A DNA stretch of 64,000 bases from Octopus bimaculoides (lineage: Eukaryota), in assembly GCF_001194135.2 (NCBI RefSeq), contig NC_068984.1, positions 83,890,342-83,954,341 of the forward strand. The letters run 5' to 3'. Below are positions 12,707 to 24,718 of this stretch, one piece after another (positions within the stretch are counted from its first letter, which is position 1; every line of letters begins with the position of its first letter). The position numbers and the translations under genes are program-made. The notes beneath the pieces are model-generated. The model had not been told where the DNA came from. It searched no databases and saw only the letters and a program-made list of their open reading frames with translations.

Positions 12707-15515
12707 TTCACAAGAGTTGAGATAAATACCTCATAAATTCCAAAGCATATATACTAGCATTTACATGTGTATACTCATACAAACATAATTTTGGTATTAT
12801 ACGGGTGGATGCTTGTAAGCATTTATAGGAAACAGATAGTAAGCTATTAAAAAGTAAACATAAATATTGATAATTTGCCTTAGATTTCTGAGATTTTTTT
12901 TCAATACTAAAACTAAGTTATCTACCTGACACTGAGACATAAACTAAAACATATAACAGTAATTGGAGACAAAGATAACTAACCACAAAATGAAAACACA
13001 TAATCAAAATAATGAAAATAAAAAACAAGAAAAATATACCAGAATGTAAATTTAAAAAAAAATTCATTAAAAAAAGTCTGTAACAATCAAATCCAAGTGC
13101 TTTTTTTTGTGAATCTGTGAATGAGATACAGCTAAGTCTCTCTCCTCAAATCAATAAAATAAATTAATATAAAACAAAGCAAAAACAATTTAGAACACAG
13201 AATTAAAAAAAAAGGAAAAGAAAAAGAAAAAATGTAGATTTATATAAACTGACATACTTATAGATTTTAAGTAAGTTTATATTTATATTAATATTTATGG
13301 AATGCCCCAATATTGTTTTACAATCATTCAAAATAAAATATTTATTAAAGAAAAAAAAAAAAGATAATGATCATGTTTTGCAAAGGCAGCACCAGGAATG
13401 GGGGAGGAAAATACTTATCACTAGATATATCTTTCATTAACATCCAAAATCAACATGACGACTGCAGAAACAAGCGGCTGTTTATAAAAGAATGAATGAA
13501 AATATTGCATTAACCAAAAATTTTTCTTTTAAAATATTCAATTTTTTTAAAAAAAAGCTTTTAAATATAAGTTTTATTTATATATTTATTTTTTTCACCA
13601 GATAAACTGGTCAGAAGTGGGGAAATTTACTGGTTTCAGTCTCTTTACAGAACACACCTAAGAAGATTAATCGACTGTCAAACAGATGTACAGAGACAAT
13701 GGTTGGCAGCAGAAGCAAACAAACGAGACACTTATCAAAACAAAACAAGATAACTAACAATCAGTTGTTGCATGTCAATGATATTATATGATAATATATC
13801 TATAGATGCATGTGTAAAGCCCAGGGTCTAGGTTTAATGGCAACAGGACACAGAAGCTAACAGTAAGGCGATATTCGAAAGAAAGAGAGAGCAACAAAGG
13901 GTTCGACCCCGACTAGTGTGAGACCTGCACTTTGATAAATAACATAATTTTTTTTTTATCACATGTTGAGCAGAAAGAAAATTTACACGATACTATTTGT
14001 AAATTATAAAAATAAAAATAAATAGAAACAAAATTAAATAAATAAGCCGACAAATGGCAGAAGACGCGCACTGAACAGTTGTCAGGGAGGGAATGGCACA
14101 GAGAGGTAGAATTAAGGGTACTACAATGGGGAGTGACTTCTAGAACAAGACAACCAGTTAATTAAAGGAGGGGAAGAAAATGATAAAAAAAAAGAAATGA
14201 ACAGGTAAAAATGACATTTAGAAAAAAAAAACCTGCTCACATTTATTATTGCTGAAGCCTTATATATTCAGTGGATTTGCAGGCAATACTGGAGAGTTAT
14301 ATAAAAAAAAATAATATCTAATAGAAGGAAATAATAGAAGTTCAGGATACTTATTGCCAGTAAAAAAAAATCAGTGGTAAGAAAGAAAACTGCCAGTAGC
14401 AAACAACACTGACAGTTAGATATGGTAGCTTACACTCTGATTTGATCATTTTAAACTGGTTTGTCTTTAATGAACTAATAAATCAACTGGCCAATAGTGG
14501 TGAGGTGGAGTCTGTGTTTGTAATTTTCATTTTCAAGGGTTGAAAATATCGTAGCATTAGAAGGCTTTAAAGAGTCTGAAAGCTAAACTTTAAATAAATA
14601 ATTCAAAAGGGAACTAACAACCATTAGCAAGAGTGTCAGCCCAAGTAGCTACTGAATGGGAGAACAGTAGTGTTGAGTTTTGATAGCAATACATGTTCAT
14701 GTTGTTCTGCTTTTCTTGTGTGTGTAGAGTTTGATAACAAGTATTGCTATGCAAAAATTGGTCTAATTAGAACTTTCAGAGGGGGGGAAAAAAAAATATA
14801 TTGAAAGAGTGATGTGAAATGATACCAAGATCATAAAACAGGCCACTAAATGATTGCTTACAATGAAGATTTGTACAACTTTTGGCCATTGTTAAAATGT
14901 GAAAGAAAGAGAGAGAGAGAAAAAAAAAAAAGAAAATTGTTCAATGATGTCAATATTCTATGGAGTGGAATAATCCCATATTACATCGAAGATAGTCGAG
15001 GAGGACTAGTTGAAAAAGGTGTCCACCACTGTAGTACCCAACCAGGTTGAAGGCATCATATATACATAAGTATATGAAATGTTCCACATCTGGACAATTC
15101 CTACCTTTAGATAATTCTCCAGAACTATTTTAGTTCATAATAAACCCAGCCTCCTTTTTTAATAGCAATATCTGGGGTGGGGATGGGGGGAAACACTGAA
15201 AGTTTTTCATTCTTGTTTCTCTCGTATATATGTAAGTGTGACCACACAGTCAAATACACATGCACACACACAAATACACATCTGCAGTACTTATAAATCT
15301 AGTCACACAAACATACATAGAGTTAGATTCATAGTCAAGAATACAAACATTTTGTGACAGTTTTCCACAAGTTTTAAAAATATCACATTTAAAACTGTTC
15401 AACCAAGTTTCTTCTTTTTGTTTTGTTGTTGTTACTATTTTTTTGCTTGTTTGTGTTGTTTGCCCCAAATACAGAGGTTGAAAAAAAAAAGAGGTGATTC
15501 CTAAGTGAGCATCTC
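12600..15515 (-). other. Probable proximal 3' UTR of the RFX gene (end not determinable)
   Basis: Follows the stop codon, U-rich on the sense strand, nearly free of recognisable repeats. AATAAA candidates at 14247-14242, 13578-13573 and 13346-13341. Confidence 0.4.
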
Positions 15516-15896
15516 TCATTCTGTCTTCATCCGCTTCATCGGGTAAACCTCACCTGCCCCGACGGTCGAAACAGGCATCACTACGATTGTCTTCTGACCG
15601 GCAGGAAGCTGTGTTGTGGCTGGAGTGGCTCGCAGACTAACTTGGTGAGTGTTACTGATTGGGTTTGTCTGGGCAGTGGTACTTATATTGCCGGTGTGTG
15701 ATATGGCAGGAGTGAGAACCATCACAGTAGTGGTGGCAGCATTTGTACTGGTTGTTACCGAGTCTACTGCATGACCATTTCCAGAACTGTTGATGACAGT
15801 ATTATGTGGAATGTAGGAGGGCTTTACACCAGCAGCAATTGAAACATTACAAGTATCCAAGGAATTTAGTGCTGCAGCATTACCAAGGTCAATGAA
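15516..15896 (-). CDS. Rfx: RFX coding exon 15 (last): [10 protein letters not shown]...[13 protein letters not shown]
   Basis: Acceptor (T)47GTTACAG, phase 0, stop TGA 15518-15516. Confidence 0.85.
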   Translation of the reverse strand, partial: FIDLGNAAALNSLDTCNVSIAAGVKPSYIPHNTVINSSGNGHAVDSVTTSTNAATTTVMVLTPAISHTGNISTTAQTNPISNTHQVSLRATPATTQLPAGQKTIVVMPVSTVGAGEVYPMKRMKTE

Positions 15897-15902
15897 CTGT
15901 AA

Positions 15903-15952
<50 letters not shown>

Positions 15953-18900
15953 ATAACTCTTATTTTTCAACACTGGAGAAAGGAAAGATAAAGTTAACTT
16001 CAGCAGATTTGAACTCAAAACAAAGAGAAATGAAATTAAATACTGCAATGAATTTAATCTGGCTTTCTACTACTTAAATCAACTCCACCTTTAAACATAC
16101 TAACAATTATAATGACTTCATTTAACAAAGTACAAGGTCAATTTTAAAGCGAGAGCACATATAGCATATGTAACTGGTATTTATCGCAGTAATACCAGAT
16201 GTAAAAGTAAAGGTTCTGAAAGAACTGGAACAGAGAAATATAGCTATGTAATCAGGTTCCACATATTTTTATCAGTCTAACAATCGCAATATAATATAAG
16301 CAGAGACAGAGTCTTAGAATAATATGAGAGGATGTGGATGGTGTGATGTTCATACTTCTCAAAAAATCATTATCAGATTCTACAACTGAATACTGAAAGT
16401 AAGCTGTTAACTATATTTGATGTGCATATGCCGTAGTATAAGTTGTTTCTAACAAACAGTAACACTATACAAGAGATAAGCACATCACAATATGAGTAGT
16501 CTTTAGACAAGGGGCTTGGAATGAATGTTGGCAATACAGTGAAAACTACTGAAGGGTAAAGCATCTGAAATGTGGTATCCACGACTTCCCAAATTATATA
16601 AATTTAGAAGTATTTCCAACTATGAAATATAAATTGAGTGCAAGGCTGCTTGTGAAAACCCTCTTCAGTAATTTAGAGCAAGGCATTGTTCGTTACATCA
16701 TGTAGGCTTTGGAGAGAGAATAACATATTGAAGCAGTATATTTCCAAAATTAGTTGGACCATACATACAGCAGGTTGTCAACAATAATGTCAATAAGGTG
16801 TAAAATTAGATAATCGAAAAGGGCTGAGTTACTAACTGCTATATGAGCTTTAAAATAACAAAAAAATTCCCAGAGAGAAAGAAACAAGTATGTTATAATA
16901 AAAACAACTGTGTTTGAGCTTGATTTCTTTCATTAAAAAGTTTTTATATTTTCTTATTAGATCAATATGTATGGTTTGGAGCAACAAAACCCCAAAAGAG
17001 AGAAAAAGGAGGAGGAGGAAAGACAATATTAGAAATGATTACTGAATGGAGTGAATAGTTACCTGTCTGACTTTTCCCATCACAGCAATAGGGGTCTCAT
17101 CTGTGGCTGCAGCTACTTTGTGCTCTACTAAATAGAACATATATTCATCGTATAGGAGCCGTATGAGGTGGAAGGAACCAAAGCTGGCAGCACTCCGCAA
17201 AGTCAAATCTCGAATAACCATTGAACTACAAATAATTAAAACAGATACAACATTAAAATGACTTTCATAAAAAGAAAAGAAACAAAACTGGCAATCTACA
17301 ATAGCTTAGAGTTTTGTCTTTAACCCCAGAATAGCTAATATGCTAGTTTTGTCTCCTAGGTGACAAGATGCAATGATCTAGAAAAGTTTCTTTTATCTTA
17401 CTTGTTTCAGTCATTAGACTGCGGCCATGCTGAGGCACTGCCTTGAAGAATTTTTAGTTGAATGAATTGACCCCAACACTTAATTTTTTTGCTAAGGCAG
17501 GTACTTATTTTATCGGTCTCTCTTTCGCTGAACTGCTAAGTTCAGAGGATCTGAATGCACCAACACTGGTTGTTAAGTGAAGGTGGGGGACAAACACACA
17601 TAATATATATACAATGGGCCACTTCCAGTTTCCATTGATTAAATCTACTCACAATGCTTTGGTTGGCCTGAGACTAACTATAGTAGAAGACACCCAAGGT
17701 GCCACAGAGTGGGACTGAACCCAGAACCATGTGGCAAGAAGCTTGCTTCTTATCACACAGCCATGCCTGTGCTTAAGTTTGTTGAGTTATCAACAGTTAA
17801 AGGCTAATCCTATTTACGAAAGGTTAAACCATATGATTTATTTATTGGATGGGTAATATCATAGGGCTACTGAATTTGAAAAACAAATAAGGACAGGATT
17901 TTTCGACAGCTAGTAATGAATAATGCATGTTTATTTGAAGAAAATATGTATGTGCATATAAACTTTTGCTAATGAATGTACAACACTGGTAAAGAAATCA
18001 ATACTTTTCAGTTTCATGTGATATTTTTCAAGCTACACAGATACGTCCATATAACCCCCACTGTCAAAAAATGCAGTGAATCAATAATTGGCTCATTGGA
18101 AACCTGTAACTGATGATACTATTTACTGTTCATCAGCTGTGGGGTAATAAGTCTGCTTCCCACCACATGGTCCTGTTGTTCAGTGCCACTGCATAGTACC
18201 TTGGGCAAGTGCCTTCTGCTATAGTTCTGAGCTTATCAAAGCCCTGTGAGTGGATCTGGTAGACGGAAACTAAAAGAAGCATGCATGCATGTACGTACAT
18301 ACTGGGACTGGGATTAAATGTCTCAGATGAGTTGTTAATAGGATTTTAGGATTTCAGATTATAAATATTTTTAATATTTAGTTACACTATGCTGAATTGG
18401 TGTGATCTATGATTGCCATCAGGTGTCTTTTTGCTACATGTGCAATTAATCAAAGGCAGGATTCTAACAAGAAACTGTTACTTCTGAATCAAGGGCAAAA
18501 TGTTTTTATTTACACAGGTAACTGCCTCAGTCGATCTTTTTGGTTGTCACTTAAGGGAGATAACTCCGATCTTGACTTCAGCTTCATTGGTTACTATTAT
18601 ACCAAGTAGAAAGTTTATATGGGAAGCATCAGATAGTTAAATAGTATTATCGCTATTGATATCATACTTATCACAAATATACATACATATATATATATTG
18701 TAAATATACAAATAAGAAATTTGTTTTAATTTTATTTTAATTGAACAAATATTTTTATTTTGAAAATTAGACATTTCATTATTCTGTATAAAGCACCATG
18801 AAATTATGGACAATAAATGATGATGCTGATACCCAATAAAAGATCGGTAATGTTCTAGTTACTCAAAGAAAGTAATTATTAAAATATCTTTCATCTCCAA

Positions 18901-21900
18901 AATAAAGTTAAAAGTATGAAAAAATTTTATTCTTATTTAGAATCTGGGATTTCTGTAGTTTTTGTCACAATGTAGACAAAAACTTAAAACTATTTGAGAA
19001 TGTTTTGAAGATTCACATATATATATATACTATAATGGAGAAAGTTGCTTATTAATTAGGTATATAACAATTACTAAAAGAAAGCAATTATTAAAGGGTT
19101 AACTGTCTGGAAATATTTCTATAAATTCATGTCCTATGAAATTTCCTATGATTTCGAATTTCTGAGTGGTTGGTGTTAGGAAGGGCATCCAGCTGTAGAA
19201 ACTCTGCCAAATCAGACTGGAGCCTGGTGTTGCCATCCGGTTTCACCAGTCCTCAGTCAAATCGTCCAACCCATGCTAGCATGGAAAGCGGACGTTAAAC
19301 GATGATGATGATGATGATGATTGAAGTTTTTGAACTCCAATTTCTCACAAATTTAAGTATTCATTTCATTCACTACGTCCAATTCTTCACAGATTTAAAT
19401 ATTTATTGCATTAACTGGGAGTATTCCATTTTCATTTGTAAAGCCTCTCATTTTGTCTTTTAAGTTTTAATTCATTATTTGGAAAACCGACAGTTTATTT
19501 TATTAATGTATACGTAATGTAAAAACATCTCTATTGAATGAAAATTTTTTTTAAATAGTCATAATTTTTGAAGGCAAGATAACTGTGAGAAGAGTCGAGA
19601 AAGTTGGGTAATTACTATTAAAAGACGAAGAGAGAAAAAAAAAGTTACTGACAAGTACTCAAAACTTGCACCTTATTCACAGTCTCCAATTATTCTATAC
19701 CACTAAGCCAATATATACACAAACAGGTTGCACGAGCGACTTCAATAGTGACACACACACCAATACACACACATAGATACGCATACACACAAATGAAAGG
19801 CAATGAATATGTGTGTGTGTGCGCTGACAAAACTTTGTGCTGCATCGCTTTGCGAAGTTTTATCAGTGAACAGGTTGTGGTTTCAAAGCGGCAAAAATAT
19901 TTTGACACAAATGAAATTTTAATGTTGAAGTGAAACTGGTAATACTTAAATACAGAGGTCCCTTAATGGTATAACTTAAATACAGGTGTTATGTACAAAA
20001 TATTTTAAATGTACGCTGTGTGGACGTGTAATGGCGCCCTAACCCTAACCAACTCTAAAAACTAACCCTCCCCTTCATATCATTACATAGCTGTATCAGG
20101 ACCTCTGTATTTAAATAGTGCCATGAAACTAATAGTTTTTGTGTTTTCCTGAATGGCTTACAAACTTCTTCCATGCTGCAACTGTTTTTGTTTCAGCACA
20201 TGATCTCAGATCAAGTCACTTGCTATGCAAGAACATCTCTGCCATTTTTTAAAATCACTGTGGATAAATGCCAGCAATGACCTTTTCAGGCTCTCCAATA
20301 TTTTAATTTCTAAACAGAAACAATTGGGGGCAGGGAGTGGGGCTGCAAAAAATTCTTAATTTTTCAAATTTTCCTTTTAAATAGCATATAAATGTATTTA
20401 TGGGGGGAAAAAATATTGAAAAACATCAATACATGCAAGAATGATAAAGAAACGAGGAAGGTTGTCTTTGGATGTGCTAGAAACAACAGCCAAATCACCC
20501 TCAATTTTCCCTCTGAAAATATTGACAATTTTTTATTATTTTTTTNNNNNNNNNNNNNNNNNNNNNNNNNNNNNNNNNNNNNNNNNNNNNNNNNNNNNNN
20601 NNNNNNNNNNNNNNNNNNNNNNNNNNNNNNNNNNNNNNNNNNNNNNNNNNNNNNNNNNNNNNNNNNNNNNNNNNNNNNNNNNNNNNNNNNNNNNNNNNNN
20701 NNNNNNNNNNNNNNNNNNNNNNNNNNNNNNNNNNNNNNNNNNNNNNNNNNNNNNNNNNNNNNNNNNNNNNNNNNNNNNNNNNNNNNNNNNNNNNNNNNNN
20801 NNNNNNNNNNNNNNNNNNNNNNNNNNNNNNNNNNNNNNNNNNNNNNNNNNNNNNNNNNNNNNNNNNNNNNNNNNNNNNNNNNNNNNNNNNNNNNNNNNNN
20901 NNNNNNNNNNNNNNNNNNNNNNNNNNNNNNNNNNNNNNNNNNNNNNNNNNNNNNNNNNNNNNNNNNNNNNNNNNNNNNNNNNNNNNNNNAAAAAAGTCAA
21001 ATTGTGTGAATTTTCCGAAACTCCTCTCTCCACCCCCCTTGGAAAAATTCTTTCCCATAAATCCCTATATGCTCTGAACTACTTTATAATAAAAACCTCA
21101 TTGAAAAATATAGTGAAACATTTTTGAATGTCAAGGGTAAAAATTTTGCATTTGGTAAAATTTGCCAAGGTAAAAAGGGAGCACTGGTAGTACGTTTTTT
21201 GAGAAGTTTTTTTGAAGTTAGTCACAGAAGGTCAAGAGCCCAAATAGCTACAGGAAGGACATGGCAGAAAAGAAAGGAAACCAATGGATGGGTCTGATTG
21301 CATACATCAGGCACCCAAGTGTTTGATGCACAAGAAACAGATCTTCAAAGTAAACTCATTTTACAGAATTCATACTGAATTCGTAGTGATTTATTACATT
21401 CCTATAGTTCTGAGAGTCCAGATTTCTGAGAGTGAGTGCTTTTGGAGATACAAGATATTATTGATAATTAACATGAAAGTGAAGGGAAATTACCATACAG
21501 TCTATCCAAATGAAATTGCAGAGTTTATACATGTAAAATAAATAAATAAAATATAGTCCAGGTACCTATAGAATGACCATTTCAATAAAAACTGTCTTGC
21601 AGCTTTTGGAAAATTAGCACTGCCTTCATGTGGCTTTAAGATCTGGTTGACAACTCCTTCAAGCCATACAGCCCACTGCTCTAGGGAATTCTGTGACTGG
21701 AGAGTTTTCTTGAAGTCCTGTTCCAGCTGATGGACCATAGCATCTTCACACTGACACACCCATGAAGCTTGTTCCTACAAGCAAACAAAGTAAATTTAAA
21801 GTAAATTTAAACTTCATCCAAAAAGAACCCAATGAAAACAACATATCACAGTTGAGATTGGTTTTCTTTTGGGCAATGGATGAAGCAAATTAAACATTAT

Positions 21901-24685
21901 AATATTGATTTAAAAAGAAATTCAAGCATTATAAATATTAGGGTAAAAAAAAGGACAAAAATAAAAACATGCAAAATACAAAGCAATCAGTCCAAATCAA
22001 CCTATTCTTATTTAACACTTTAGCATTCAAGGTGGCTATATCCAGCTTCTCACATCTATTATAAAATGTCATTCTAAAAATAAACAGTAACATTATTGAG
22101 GTCTTGAAACAAGATAATTCATGATTAATTCAAAACAATATGAATAAACACGACATTTGACATAATAGTCTGAATGCTAAAGGGTTAAATCAAAATGTGA
22201 CTGTAAATCTCTTTACTATATTAATGATAACATGATTTCACGAGATTATTACTTGTTGTACATGGTCTGACATTATTATATTTTGTGTAGCCTGCATATT
22301 ATGGCTATTTTCCCACATCTGTTTTATTTTTTTCACATTTTCTTAACGGATACTAATTTCAGATTTAGCGGTAGCAATTAGGATTTTGAAAGTTTTTTAT
22401 GAAGGAAGAAGCAGCTGCAGCAAATGAAAAATGCAACAAACATAACCACTTGGTAGACTTAAAATCCCTTTAACTTATACCACTTGTTTGTCCCAATTTA
22501 AGTGTGTAAAGACTAGCTGCTACACAATATAGAGAATGGGAAAAACAATGGTCCCTTACATACCTTGACAAAACTCAGGCATTTTTTTGCCATAAATAAT
22601 GAGCATAAGGAAGCTATCTAAGATTACCAATTATTGGAGCACATATGACCCTCTAGTGACAAGTCTTCATTATTATGACCCAAACCTGGTTTTTAAACCT
22701 GTGTATTTTCATTTATGAGACACCAACAAACAGTACACCAGGACAGTGTATAAATGGCATTTAAGTTCTATTAAAAGTGAATGGAAAGTGTCATAGGCAA
22801 AAGGATGATGAGGTATAAAGGCTGGATATGTCAGGCAAGCCAATAAAATGAACTGTATGAAAGATCTGGGTACTGTTGTAGGTTTAATTTTATATGAGAA
22901 CAAAAGACAATAGTGCAAGTCAGCATGTTGTTTGGAAATGATCACTTCTATACCATAAACAAAGCTAAATGACTGGTATTTCACTTAGGTTAAACTTATT
23001 GAGAATTTTGCAACTTCACTGAAAGCAGAGTTATTCAAGGAAAATAACTGTTGTGAGAAATGTAGAAAACTGGCCAGAGGATGTCTCTGAATACACGCAA
23101 TTTTTATGAAACAGAAAAGAACCTAGTGGATTCTGCAGAGTGGGATTTTTAATAAATTTCACGAAAGAAATACTAGTTTTATTTTGTATGCATAATTCTA
23201 TTTTATAAAATACATTATTTTCCAGTTTTGTAATTTACCTGTAAGGGGAGTGATAAGTTCTCAAATATATGTAACTTATTTTTTAATAAATATAGTATAA
23301 ATGAATTTATTTCATTTTCTAGTTTACTTCAAACATTTTAATAAACTTCTGTAAGTATATACCTTGACATATACCTATTTTATATGCACTCGTGTTCAGT
23401 CGAAAATCCAACCATATACATAATTCTTCTTTGATGTTCTATCCTACAACTCTGTTAGATACCCAATTGAATATTGGCTAATAACTCATAATATATAATG
23501 ATATTTAATCAAAATTTAAATAATTTTATATTTCACTGAATTAGTATAGGATTAAAAATTCATCATCGTTGTTATCCTTCTGAATTCAACCAATCTTCAT
23601 AAAATAGAAAAGATTAATGATAGCAAAAGAGTGTACTGTGAATGTCAACATCAGAAAAGGAAAGCACCCAATGAATGACTCCCTCAACTACTTGTTGGAA
23701 GACTGTATTTTTCAGAATGGGATGCTTGATAACTTTCTATGAAATTAATTTTTGTATATGCAGTTTCATTTCACAAAATATTCTATTTTCAAAATTTACA
23801 AAGATAAAAATATTTTAACATCATAATTAAAGAAATTAAAAGCTTAAATTACAAGAGTAAAAAACTTGAAAATGGTTTTGGATATGTTTCCCAACTTAAA
23901 AACAGAAGCTATAAACCTGCTAGTACTAAGTGAATAAGATTAACAGTGAAAAGCAATAGAGAACAGATTATTTATAGGATCTAATTTGACAAGAAAGAGT
24001 GATGGGCACTCTGTAGTGTAATCAATAATGCAATTGTAGGCAAGTGATAGATACACGGGGTTGAAGACTCATAAGTGATCTTTTATAATATCTGCTATCA
24101 TCTTATATTTACTGTTCTCCTAGTTGAAGCTCTAAAACATTGCAATATGCAGTTTCATCTAAGGTAAAACAACAAAAAAATATCCCACATCAAACACACT
24201 TATTACATACATTATTTGTTTTGCAATAATTGAACTGCTCATATGATGTGATGTGAAGTGGAACAAGCAACTTTTTTTTTTTATGAACTATAGATTTAGT
24301 GATGATGTTTCCAAAAGAAGGTCTGCATTCTAATGACCTAATACAAAAATAATGTTTCTGAAAAATATACAAATGTAAGAATATAACTTTTGCTACAAAA
24401 TAGATGTAAATATATATAAACTACAAAGGTATTGAAATTATTACCAAAATAGCGTATTTTGATTAAAGGTACCAAAACTCTCAACTATACACAGGTCACC
24501 TTAACCCTTTCGTTACTAACCCGGCCGTAGCCGGCCGAAAATTTTTTTGGTTCATAAGACTAACCCGGCCGAGAGTACCCATTGTTATTTAAATGTATAT
24601 TTGAACCCCAAAAAGACAAAACTTACCTGAACATAAGAAGCTTATTTACAACTGGCAATACAAAATGTACCCCAACTACCACAAA

Positions 24686-24718
<33 letters not shown>

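Noticed and set aside
13383-15056. miR-124 6-mer (UGCCUU) and miR-92 7-mer (UGCAAUA, 13509-13503) seed matches in the 3' UTR
   Set aside because: Short matches expected by chance in several kb of AU-rich sequence.
17700-17770. tRNA-like A/B boxes here and in other family-A heads
   Set aside because: They continue into shared SINE bodies and I cannot fold a cloverleaf, so they are SINE heads, not tRNA genes.
20392-21127. Long ORFs (165-228 aa) in the ORF track, and similar ones at 7390-7641 and 49181-49463
   Set aside because: They exist only because they run through N gaps.
23233-23260. CCCCTTACAG/GTAAAT juxtaposed acceptor-donor (recursive splice-site-like)
   Set aside because: The intron is only ~3 kb, the site may be part of a decayed repeat, and there is no independent support.
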